Shown here in pieces: positions 9,491 through 18,700 of a stretch of DNA of 64,000 nucleotides. Origin of the DNA: a virus. Every line of letters starts with the position of its first letter. Positions within the stretch are counted from its first letter, which is position 1. Location: positions 24,846 to 88,845 of the IMG/VR virus record IMGVR_UViG_3300048856_000029, one strand, 5' to 3'. Under the pieces are notes generated by a model that saw nothing but the letters and a program-made list of their open reading frames with translations, searched no databases and had not been told where the DNA came from. The position numbers and the translations under genes are program-made.

Positions 9491-9738
9491 TAGCGAAACC
9501 CTGGAACAAGTGACCTCGCTAGTGATGCCCGATTCGATCTGATTCTGGAAGGCCATGGTTAACGGACAACTTTTGCGTTAACCTTTCGTTCAATAATCGC
9601 ATAAGACGCATTATGGAACTAGATTGAATCCTTGAGATTTCCTTGGAAACTGGCGTCTTTGAATCCTTCAAAGTCCTGAAAAATAGGCATAATGATATCG
9701 CCCATAAGGAAATGCTGAAAAATTCAAGGACTCGAGCG

Positions 9739-9758
9739 TTAAGTAGGTATTGACTTAA
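9739..9758. promoter_or_regulatory. Repeated operator copy upstream of the XRE gene
   Basis: TTAAGTAGGTATTGACTTAA. Confidence 0.6.
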
Positions 9759-9891
9759 CGCCGTTCAATATGCCTATTTGGCCGCGTAGCGACCCAAGAA
9801 CTCCATGCTATTTTGCGCAGTATAAGAAATACAAAACAAACGCTGTCACGCAAATCACTGGGTTCAAGGAAGAAGGAAAGAGATTAAATCG

Positions 9892-10290
9892 ATGGTAACG
9901 AGCATTCACCCGTTCGCTGACAGCAAGGTGACAAAGTTTCTGCAGGAGCGCCTGGCGCAACTGGCTGATCGCAAGAGCGAGCGGCAGGTTGCAGCCGAAG
10001 CCGGCTTTAAGTCCCTCAATATCGTCAACATGATGAAAAAGGGTGACTCGAAGGTGCCGCTTGACCGCGTGGCTGGTTTGGCACGCGCCCTTGAAACCGA
10101 TCCGACGCATTTGTTCATCCTCGCGTTGGATCAGTATATGCCCTCGGACGCGCCCGAGATGTCGATTGCATCGACCATCCTCAGTAAGAATGAGAAGGCG
10201 ATCATCGACTACATACGCGAGGTCTCTGGTTCCTCCGATCCTGGTCTTAACGACCAGCGTAAGGAAGCCATCAAAAAGACCTTTGCCTGA
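9892..10290 (+). CDS. XRE/Cro-C1-type HTH regulator (candidate repressor)
   Basis: SERQVAAEAGFKSLNIVNMMKKGDSKVPLDRVAGLARAL HTH pattern. Confidence 0.8.
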   Translation: MVTSIHPFADSKVTKFLQERLAQLADRKSERQVAAEAGFKSLNIVNMMKKGDSKVPLDRVAGLARALETDPTHLFILALDQYMPSDAPEMSIASTILSKNEKAIIDYIREVSGSSDPGLNDQRKEAIKKTFA

Positions 10291-10314
10291 AAATCCTAAC
10301 TTTTAACCACTAAT

Positions 10315-10343
10315 AAAATGGCGGTGACGGGGCCGCCGTTTTT
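10315..10343 (+). terminator. Rho-independent terminator after the XRE gene
   Basis: AAAATGGCGGT-gacggg-GCCGCCGTTTTT. Confidence 0.65.
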
Positions 10344-10355
10344 CTTCTAAACGCT

Positions 10356-10375
10356 AGTCAGTCAATACTGACTGT
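10356..10375 (+). promoter_or_regulatory. Repeated operator copy
   Basis: AGTCAGTCAATACTGACTGT. Confidence 0.8.
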
Positions 10376-10401
10376 CCCGCACCAAAACAGGAAAGAATGG
10401 C

Positions 10402-10623
10402 ATGTCGCAGATCACCAAATCCCATCTCAACTCCTTTCAGACGATCGATTTCGACCTGGCACATGAAGAGGGTCAGAAGCTCGCGAACGTCGTCCGGTCA
10501 GAGGCAGATGGCGTAACCATTTACGCCGGCACCCATGCGCAACACGGCAATATCCATATCATCATCCCGCCGCTCGGTTGCGGAATCCTGCTCTTCCCGT
10601 TTGCTATCCGCGATTTTGAATGA
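10402..10623 (+). CDS. Small hypothetical protein
   Basis: 73-aa ORF with GGAAAG RBS, lying between two operators. Confidence 0.65.
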   Translation: MSQITKSHLNSFQTIDFDLAHEEGQKLANVVRSEADGVTIYAGTHAQHGNIHIIIPPLGCGILLFPFAIRDFE

Positions 10624-10630
10624 GATAAAT

Positions 10631-10650
10631 GATAAGTAAACACTGATTGA
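10631..10650 (+). promoter_or_regulatory. Repeated operator copy
   Basis: GATAAGTAAACACTGATTGA. Confidence 0.75.
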
Positions 10651-10662
10651 ACGGAGAGAATT

Positions 10663-13200
10663 GTGAATAACGAACTCGTCATCCTGCGCGAAGCGATCAA
10701 GAAGCTCATTCCGATGATCGCCGGTCGCGGCCTCAAGGTCACGCAGATCGGCACGCAGGCTTACGTGATGCCTAACCAGAAGACGGGAATGCCGGAGCGG
10801 GTGAATATCCCCAACATTCCGGATAACGCATCCGACGAGTTCATTCAGGCGATCCAGGGCTTCATCGATCACGAGGTCGCTCACGTCCTGAAAACCGACT
10901 TTCTCTTCAAGGCAGGCGAGAAGTCCCCTCGCCTGCACAATCTTCACAACATTATCGAAGACACCTGGATCGAGCGCGAAATGGGGAACGACTTCCCCGG
11001 ATCGAAGGGAAACATCGAACGACTTTCGCGCTACTATATCCAGAACGTCACTTCGAAGGCGATCGCGTCTGCGGCCGACGAAATGGAAGAATTCCACTAC
11101 CTCTTCGTCGTCTTGATGCGCGCGCTCGCCGGACACGTTCCTTTCCAGGAATACATGGACGACAACAACTTCTGGGAAAGACCGCTGGTCAAGGCATTCC
11201 TGCAGCGCTTCCCGGATGAAATGAAGAAGCGCCTGCCGCGCTGCGCCTCGACGGCCGAGGCATTCGAGATCGCGCTCGAATGCGAGAAGATCCTCTATCC
11301 CCCACCACCCCCTGCCCCGCCGCAGCCGCAACCACAGCAGAACGAGGAACAGTCGGAGGAGCAGAAAAGCTCCGACAAGGACGAGGACGACAGCGATAAC
11401 TCCGAGAGCGATGAGAAGGGCGGAGATCCTTCTGACAGCGACGAAGAACAGGACGGTGAAGGCGAGCAGTCCGAGTCCGGTGAAGGCGAGGATGACCAGG
11501 ATCACTCCGACGAAGAACAGGCCGGTGACGGTGAAGGCGACGGTGAGCGCGAGCACACCAAAGACAGCGATGACGCTTCAGGCGGAGAGGAAGGAGAAAA
11601 TGAAGAAGGCGACGAAGCCGAGGACGATGCTGACGCCCAGTCTGGCGGTGATGGCTCTGACGACGGCGATGAGCCGCAGAATGACGCCGGCGAGGAAGAC
11701 GAAAGCGGAAAGGGCGGCAAGTCCAAAAAAGACAAGTCCGATGCTGATGAAGACGCTGGCTCCGGTGACGCTGACCCATCTGAAGACGGCGACGAATCCG
11801 GCGAAGACGACGGCGCCGATCAGAATGCCGATGATCCGGCTGATCCCGCTGATGAAGGCGAGCCGGACGATGGTGCAGACGAGAAAGGCGGCTCTGACGC
11901 TGCTGGCGACGACGATCAAGGATCGGAAGAGGATAAGGCCGGTCAGGATCAGGGTGAAGGCGATGATGACGCCGAGGGCGAAGATGCCGACGGGGATTCT
12001 GATGGTAACGAGGGCGATCGCGATGGCGAGAGCGATGATGCCTCGGGTGATGACGCCGATGAGGAACAGGCCGGTAAGACGAACCTCGCGGTAGAGGTCG
12101 ACAACGACGACGGAAACTCCGGCTCGCCGGTCAAGGAAGACGAAGACGGCCTCGAACTGGCAGGTGTCGGCTATGACGGCACGAATCCTTTCCAGGAGAT
12201 GCGCGACGATGACCTGAAGAACAAGGATCTGTCGTCCTCGATCGCGATCATCATCCAGCGCCAGGCGATCCAGGCGCTGCACGGCGCCGACTACTCCGTC
12301 TACACGCGCGAGCTGGACGTCATTCAGCCGCTGCCCGTGCCCGCCGAGTTCAAGAACGACAAGGTGCAGGAGATGGAAGAGGAGACGCGGGCGATGACCG
12401 GCGTCATGCAGAAGGACATCGAGCGCATGATGGCCGCGCAGAGCCGCGTCTTCAATGTCGCGGGTCAGCGCTCCGGTCGCCTCAATGGGCCGAGCCTGCA
12501 CCGCCTGGTCGCCGGCGACGCGCGTGTGTTTGGTCGCCGCGAGGAGATCCGCGCAAAAGACACCGCGGTCATGCTCCTGAACGACTGCTCCGGCTCCATG
12601 CGTAACCGCAAGATCTCGACCGCTATGGCATCGTCCTACGCGCTGTCGTCGACCCTGGAGCGTGTCAACATTCCGCACGAGGTCATGGGCTTCACGACGG
12701 GCGGCCACTGGCACACTGGACCGATCACGTCGGCAAAGGCCGAGGAGCTCGCGCGTCAGGCGATGGAAGAAATGCGCAAGACCGGCGTTCGTTTCTCTCG
12801 CGTCTCGCCGATCTACATGCCGATCTTCAAGGAGTTCCACGAGCGCTTGAACTCCGAAGTGAAGCGCCGCTTCGCCTATATGCGCAACGTCCAGCCGAAT
12901 ATGGGCAACAATATCGACGGCGAGTCCCTGGAATATGCAGCGATGCGCCTCGCCAAGCGCAAGGAAAAGCGCAAGGTGATCATCGTTCTGTCTGACGGCT
13001 TCCCTGCCGGCGCCCATAACGACGACGAGCACCTGAAATACATGACCGAGCGCCTGACCAACATGGGCTTCGACCTCGTCGGCATCGGCATCGAGTCCGC
13101 AGCCGTCGAGCGCTTCTACGAAAACAATCTGGTCCTCAACTCGGTCGCCGAGTTGCCGGGTGCCGTGATGGGCAAACTTCGCTCCATCCTGTCGAAATAG
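10663..13200 (+). CDS. CobT-like vWA protein with N-terminal HExxH and a very long acidic linker
   Basis: FIDHEVAHV and NIIEDTWIE; D/E tract about 11340-12170; MIDAS NDCSGS, NIDGE, VLSDG, GIGI. Confidence 0.88.
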   Translation: MNNELVILREAIKKLIPMIAGRGLKVTQIGTQAYVMPNQKTGMPERVNIPNIPDNASDEFIQAIQGFIDHEVAHVLKTDFLFKAGEKSPRLHNLHNIIEDTWIEREMGNDFPGSKGNIERLSRYYIQNVTSKAIASAADEMEEFHYLFVVLMRALAGHVPFQEYMDDNNFWERPLVKAFLQRFPDEMKKRLPRCASTAEAFEIALECEKILYPPPPPAPPQPQPQQNEEQSEEQKSSDKDEDDSDNSESDEKGGDPSDSDEEQDGEGEQSESGEGEDDQDHSDEEQAGDGEGDGEREHTKDSDDASGGEEGENEEGDEAEDDADAQSGGDGSDDGDEPQNDAGEEDESGKGGKSKKDKSDADEDAGSGDADPSEDGDESGEDDGADQNADDPADPADEGEPDDGADEKGGSDAAGDDDQGSEEDKAGQDQGEGDDDAEGEDADGDSDGNEGDRDGESDDASGDDADEEQAGKTNLAVEVDNDDGNSGSPVKEDEDGLELAGVGYDGTNPFQEMRDDDLKNKDLSSSIAIIIQRQAIQALHGADYSVYTRELDVIQPLPVPAEFKNDKVQEMEEETRAMTGVMQKDIERMMAAQSRVFNVAGQRSGRLNGPSLHRLVAGDARVFGRREEIRAKDTAVMLLNDCSGSMRNRKISTAMASSYALSSTLERVNIPHEVMGFTTGGHWHTGPITSAKAEELARQAMEEMRKTGVRFSRVSPIYMPIFKEFHERLNSEVKRRFAYMRNVQPNMGNNIDGESLEYAAMRLAKRKEKRKVIIVLSDGFPAGAHNDDEHLKYMTERLTNMGFDLVGIGIESAAVERFYENNLVLNSVAELPGAVMGKLRSILSK

Positions 13201-13211
13201 GCGAAGCGAGT

Positions 13212-13231
13212 GATAAGTCATTATTGACTTG
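13212..13231 (+). promoter_or_regulatory. Repeated operator copy
   Basis: GATAAGTCATTATTGACTTG. Confidence 0.75.
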
Positions 13232-13245
13232 TAACCCTGCTGCGT

Positions 13246-13265
13246 ATTAAGTAAATACTGATTGA
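13246..13265 (+). promoter_or_regulatory. Repeated operator copy overlapping a TATTAA box
   Basis: ATTAAGTAAATACTGATTGA. Confidence 0.75.
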
Positions 13266-13309
13266 TCGCAAGGACAGAACAAGCGACAATCACAATCACG
13301 GAGAGACAA

Positions 13310-14581
13310 GTGAACGAGACAAGCGTTGAGCAAACCGCCGTCGCCGAAGAAGACGGCATGATCATCTGCAAAATCGACGGTGGGAAGTGCCACTCGATCA
13401 GGCTCTACCTCAAGGAAAATCATCCCGACTGGACGATGGAGCGCTACAAGGAAACCTATCCTGGCGCACCGATCCTGTCGGCTCACGGCCGCGACATGGC
13501 GCTGAAGGCGAAAGAGCGCAAGGAACAGGCTGAGAAGATGCGCAGCGGCGTGTCGACCGGCGCGGTGCACGCCTTCGCCTTCAAAGACGGCTACATGCAC
13601 GAGATCTTCGACCTCGGCGCCAATCCGGCCGCTATGTCGTCGACCGGCAACCCGATCGCAATCAAGGTTCTGCAGGACTGCCACGATGAGGCGCGCGCCT
13701 ATCTCGCTCCTGTTGATCCCGACTACGTCTTCAACATCGACCTGATCAAAAAGGTCTGCCTGGGCTTCGAGCTCGGCATGAACGTCTATCTCTGGGGTTA
13801 TCACGGCACCGGCAAGACGACCGTCCTTGAACAGTGCGCTGCCCGCACCGGCCGCGCCTTCCTTCGCGTCCAGCACACCGGCAATACCGAAGAGGCGCAC
13901 ATTCTCGGCCAGTATGTCGTCAAGACCGACATGGTCGAGGCGCAGGAAATCGGCCCCGACGGCAAGATCCATGCGGTCCTGAAGCCGCAGACCGTCACCG
14001 AGTTCCAGTATGGGCCGCTGGCGATGGCGATGAAATACGGCATGATCTACTGCGCCGACGAATACGACTTCGCCATGCCGAGCGTGATCGCGCTCTATCA
14101 GCCAGTCCTCGAAGGCAAGCCCTTGGTCATCAAGGATGCGCCCATTCATCAGCGCGTCATTCATCCGCATCCCGACTTCCGTTTCGTTGCGACCGGGAAC
14201 ACCAACGGCGTCGGCGACGAAACGGGCCTCTATCAAGGCACGATGATCCAGAACGCCGCGTCCTATTCGCGTTTCCACATCACCGAGGAAGTCAAATACA
14301 TGCCGGCCGAGCAGGAAGTCATGGTGCTGCGCTCCAAGACCGGCTTGGTCAAGAAAGATGCCGAGAAGTTCGTCAAGATCGCCAACGCGATCCGCGAGGA
14401 GTTCGCCAAGGGCTCGCTGTCGATGACGATCTCGCCGCGCGAGCTGATCACCGCAGCCAAGCTGTCGATCGTCTTCGCAAACAATCCCCAGATCGGCTTC
14501 AAGCTCGCTTTCGTCAACCGCTGCTCCCGCGTCGATCAAAAGGCGTGCTCGGACCTGATGCAGAGGCACTTCGGCTCATGA
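13310..14581 (+). CDS. CobS-like MoxR AAA+ ATPase
   Basis: WGYHGTGKT, ADEYD, LYQPVLEG, HPDFRFVATGNT, ISPREL; GTG 13310 after GGAGAG. Confidence 0.9.
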   Translation: MNETSVEQTAVAEEDGMIICKIDGGKCHSIRLYLKENHPDWTMERYKETYPGAPILSAHGRDMALKAKERKEQAEKMRSGVSTGAVHAFAFKDGYMHEIFDLGANPAAMSSTGNPIAIKVLQDCHDEARAYLAPVDPDYVFNIDLIKKVCLGFELGMNVYLWGYHGTGKTTVLEQCAARTGRAFLRVQHTGNTEEAHILGQYVVKTDMVEAQEIGPDGKIHAVLKPQTVTEFQYGPLAMAMKYGMIYCADEYDFAMPSVIALYQPVLEGKPLVIKDAPIHQRVIHPHPDFRFVATGNTNGVGDETGLYQGTMIQNAASYSRFHITEEVKYMPAEQEVMVLRSKTGLVKKDAEKFVKIANAIREEFAKGSLSMTISPRELITAAKLSIVFANNPQIGFKLAFVNRCSRVDQKACSDLMQRHFGS

Positions 14582-15204
14582 TCAGCGAGAAGGACTATGA
14601 GACCCTGGTGAAGCGCTTCTCCGGCGCTTTCTATAGGAAGATGCTCCGTTCCGGCGTGACCGCGTTCACGCTCGAGGACATTCAGCAGGAACACTGGCTC
14701 GGTTTCTGCCGCGCCAGGAACAGCTACAGCGCAGAGACCGGCGTGCCCTTCCAGGCCTATCTGATCAAGGGGCTGGAGCAGTTGCAGTCGGAGATGCGAC
14801 GCAAGGTGTCGAAGCGCTTCCATGAGCGAAATCACTTGTCGCTCGACGCGCCGATTGGGGATGAGGACAGCAAAATGCAGCTCCATGAAACGCTTGCCGG
14901 CGATGAAGAGGAACTCGGCTCATCCCTCGATCGCGACCAGCAGATCGAGCGCCTTTGCGCAAATTTGTCGGACCGGGCGCGGACCTACGTCCAGCTTATT
15001 TACCGGCAGCCGGCTGAACTGCTTGAGCAGACCAAGGCTATCCGAGCCCGCGCCGAACACGCCAGTAACATCGGTATCGCTCACTTTGCTCCGAGCGGTG
15101 TCTCCTCCTCCCTCGTCTTCAAACTGATGGGCGCGCCTCGCCAAGAGCGCACCCGCATCAATGCCGAGATCGAAAAAGCTCTCGGTCAACTCGCTAGAGG
15201 CTGA
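14578..15204 (+). CDS. Sigma-70-like factor (regions 2-3 recognisable)
   Basis: EDIQQEHWLGFCRARNSYSAETGVPFQAY resembles region 2; SLDAPIGDED resembles region 3.2. Confidence 0.65.
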   Translation: MISEKDYETLVKRFSGAFYRKMLRSGVTAFTLEDIQQEHWLGFCRARNSYSAETGVPFQAYLIKGLEQLQSEMRRKVSKRFHERNHLSLDAPIGDEDSKMQLHETLAGDEEELGSSLDRDQQIERLCANLSDRARTYVQLIYRQPAELLEQTKAIRARAEHASNIGIAHFAPSGVSSSLVFKLMGAPRQERTRINAEIEKALGQLARG

Positions 15205-15205
15205 C

Positions 15206-15721
15206 ATGACTACCATCCCGGACTTCTCACCTGGCTGCTTCGGCTCCGCGCTTGCATTCGATGAAGCTGCTCCGGTGTGTTCCGTGTGTGCGTTCGCTGC
15301 TCAGTGCAAGCCGATCCACGAACTCAACCTGAAGACTATGCGCGAGCGGCTCGGCATTCCGGCGCCGAAGATCACGCAACGTGCAAAGCGCGACACTGCC
15401 GACCAGCAGGGCATGACCGTGCCGGTGAAGACGCAGGCTCTGATCGAGAAGATCGAACGCGCCGGCATCCGCGTCACCGAAAGCTTCGCCAGCGGTCTTA
15501 ACCCCTTCACGGACATGGGCTCGAACTTCCTCAAGATCGTCGGCCACATGCTGCTCAAATCCCCGCGCCCGCTTGCGCGCAACGACTTCGCGATGGCCTT
15601 CCAGATGAAGCTCAACTGGTCGCAGGGCACGGCTGACAGCCACGCGCGCATGGCAATGCAGGCGCTTCAATACATCGGTGCGGTCGACGAGATCGACGGC
15701 ACAGTCACACTGAGGAGATAA
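15206..15721 (+). CDS. Hypothetical protein with N-terminal Cys cluster
   Basis: GCFG...CSVC...C putative Zn site; in operon before dnaE. Confidence 0.75.
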   Translation: MTTIPDFSPGCFGSALAFDEAAPVCSVCAFAAQCKPIHELNLKTMRERLGIPAPKITQRAKRDTADQQGMTVPVKTQALIEKIERAGIRVTESFASGLNPFTDMGSNFLKIVGHMLLKSPRPLARNDFAMAFQMKLNWSQGTADSHARMAMQALQYIGAVDEIDGTVTLRR

Positions 15722-15723
15722 TC

Positions 15724-18700
15724 TTGCACGCCATTCTCGCAGCACGAACCGACTTCTCGCTTGGCGAAAGTATCCTGACCGCTGAAAAGCTGGTCGATAT
15801 CGCCAAGGACACCGGTGCGAAGGCAATCGGCATCACCGACACAATGGCGATCACCGGTATGATCGACTTCACCAACCGCGCCAAGAAAGCCGGCGTGAAG
15901 CCCGTCATCGGCGTCAGGCTTCGGCTGTCGGAAGATCCGACCTGGCGTCCGGCGAAGGGCCAGAAGAAAAAGAACATGCCGCCCGAGCACTTCCTGTCCG
16001 CTTACGTGCTGACCGAACCGGGCATGAGGGCTGTCTATCGTCTGCTGACCAAGGGCAATTCTGCTGACCGCTTCTACTATACGGCGAAGCTCTCATATCA
16101 GGATCTCTACGACGAGCTCGACAGGATCGGCGAAGGCCACCTCGCCTTCCACCTTGGCGACACCCATGGCGTCATCATTCGCCCCGACATCGCCGATATC
16201 GTGCATGAGCTGGTCAGCCGTGTGGGCAAGAATTACATCTTTGCGCCGCTGATCGCGATGAACACGCCCTATTTCGGCGCCATCAACGCCCGCTCGCTCA
16301 CGCTGATCAAGGATCACGGCCTCGAGCCGCTGGTGATCCGGCCCGCCTACTACGAGCAGGACCAGGCCGACGCGCACGAGATCCTGACCGCGATCGCCGC
16401 GAACAACAAGGTGACGGACGGCTGGCACAAATCGACCTTCAACCGCGACTTCCACGTCATGAAGTCGGGCGATCTGGTCGAGGAATGCAAGCAGGCTGTC
16501 AATCATCTGACTCTGCGCGGTTTGAGCGGCGTCGGCCCGATTTTCAAGACCGGACTCATGAACACCGATCGCCTCGTCGATATGGTGACATACACCTGGG
16601 AAAAGCAGCCCGTCTCCCTGCCTGTCATGGCTGCGGACGAGTTCGCCAAGGTAGTCGAGGAATGCAAGAAGGGCTGGGCCGAGCGCTTCAGCCAGGAAGT
16701 CTTCGGACACAAGCCGACCAAGCAGGAGCTCATCGAGGTTTATAAACCGCGCCTCTCCTACGAGCTTGAAGTCCTCAAGAAGCTCTCATTCTCCGGCTAC
16801 TTCCTGCTCGTGCAGGACGTCGTCCAGTTCTCCAAGAACGCCGGCATCCTCGTCGGTCCTGGTCGTGGTTCCGTGGGCGGCTCCCTCGTCGCGTATCTGA
16901 TGGGCATCACCGACTGCGACCCGCTGCGGTTCGGGCTGCTGTTCGAACGCTTCATCAACCCTGAACGTATCGACTTGCCTGACGCCGACTTGGACTTCAT
17001 GTCCGAGCGCCGGCACGAGGTCGTCGATTACCTGGTGCAGAAATACGGCGACAAGCGCGTAGCCGGCGTGTCGAATTTCGGGCGCCTTGCTGCCGCATCA
17101 TCGATCCGAGACGTCGCGAAGGCCTTCCAGATCCCCGAGAAGGACTATGCGGTCTCGAAATTCGTGCCGAAGAAACATGGCGCGAATGTGCCGCTGCCAG
17201 AATGCGCCGAGCAGGTCTCGGAGATCCAGGAGTTCGCCGAGAAGTGGCCGGCGCACTGGGATATCATGACGCGCCTTGAAGGGACGATCCGCAACCTGTC
17301 GCAACACGCAGCCGGCATCGTCGTCGCCGGCGTCGATATCGAGGAAAGGGCCGTTGTCGAGCGGCGCAAGGGTGACAGCGCCGTTGTCTGTTGGGACAAG
17401 CGCATCGTCGAGGACCAGGGCCTGGTCAAGATGGATATCTTGGGCCTCAACACGCTCGACCTGATCGCGCTGGTGCTGAACTATATCCGCGAGCGGCACG
17501 GCAAGCGGATCAACCTGATGAAAATCCCGCTCGATGACGAGCCGACGCTTAAGAACTTCGCCGACGGACTGACGGTTGGCGTCTTCCAGTTCGAAAGTCC
17601 TGGAATGCGCAAGCTGCTGCGCGAGCTCGGCAAGGACGGCTGCATTAGCTTCGACGATATCACTGCGGCGACAGCGCTCTACCGACCTGGCCCGATGGAG
17701 TCAGGCATGATGGACAGCTATTACCTGCGCAAGCAGGGACTGGAGTCGGTCGACTATGATCATCCGCTGATGGAAGACGTGCTGCGCGAGACATATGGCG
17801 TCATCGTCTACCAGGAGCAGGTCATGAAGATCTCCCAGGTGATCGCCGGCTATTCCGGTGCCGACGCCGATAAGCTGCGCAAGATCATGGGTAAGAAATT
17901 GCCCGAGGAGATGAAGAAGGAGCGCGGCAAGTTCGTTGACGGCTGCGTCGCGACGATCCGCTGTGAAGCGGACTGGGCAGGCGCTCTGTTCGACAAGATC
18001 GAAGGATTCGCTGGCTACGGTTTCAACAAGTCGCACTCGGTCGAATACACGCTGATCTCCTGGGAGTCGATGTGGCTAAAGACCCACTATCCGGTCGAAT
18101 TCTTTGCCGCGGCGCTCACGCTGCTCGATGAGGATCGTCTGCCAACGCTGCTGCGCGATATGAAGCGCTTCGGCATCGACATCAACATGCCGGATATCAA
18201 TCTGTCGTCCGATCGCTTCGAGATCCTGACCGACGTCCGGCTGTCGATCCCGTTCCAGCGCATCAAGGGTATCTCGACCAATACCGCGGCCGCGATCCTC
18301 GAGGCGCGCAAGGGTGGTGAGTTCAAGAACAAGAAAGACTTCCTCGATCGCGTCAACAAGTCCAAGTGCAACAAGCGACACCAGGAAGTCCTCGACCTCG
18401 TCGGCGCCTTCTCGCGCATCGAGCCTGGGCAGCCTGGTCCGAACGATCCGGGTCGCATCAGGGATCAGCTTGAGCTCCTGCCTGGGCTGATCACCGCGAA
18501 CGTCCCGGTGCAGCGCGACCTCGACAACACCAAGGAGGCAAAGCACGCCATTGCCGACATCGTCGCTGAGTATCGCGAGGAGCTGTCCGAGGATGGTCTC
18601 ATGGTGCAGCCGCTATTCGGCAAGAAGGCGCGCTTCATGATCATCACGGACGCGCCCAACAATCCGGAGGAGCAGGAAGGCATGATGTCCTATGGCAAGA

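Noticed and set aside
11340-12170. Acidic tract as a tandem DNA repeat or insertion element
   Set aside because: It is low-complexity coding sequence with no fixed repeat unit and no terminal repeats.
10663-14581. Cobalamin biosynthesis (cobaltochelatase) as the role of cobS/cobT, tempting given the B12-dependent RNR
   Set aside because: No cobN or other cob genes are in the window; phage CobS/CobT-like pairs are MoxR/vWA chaperones.
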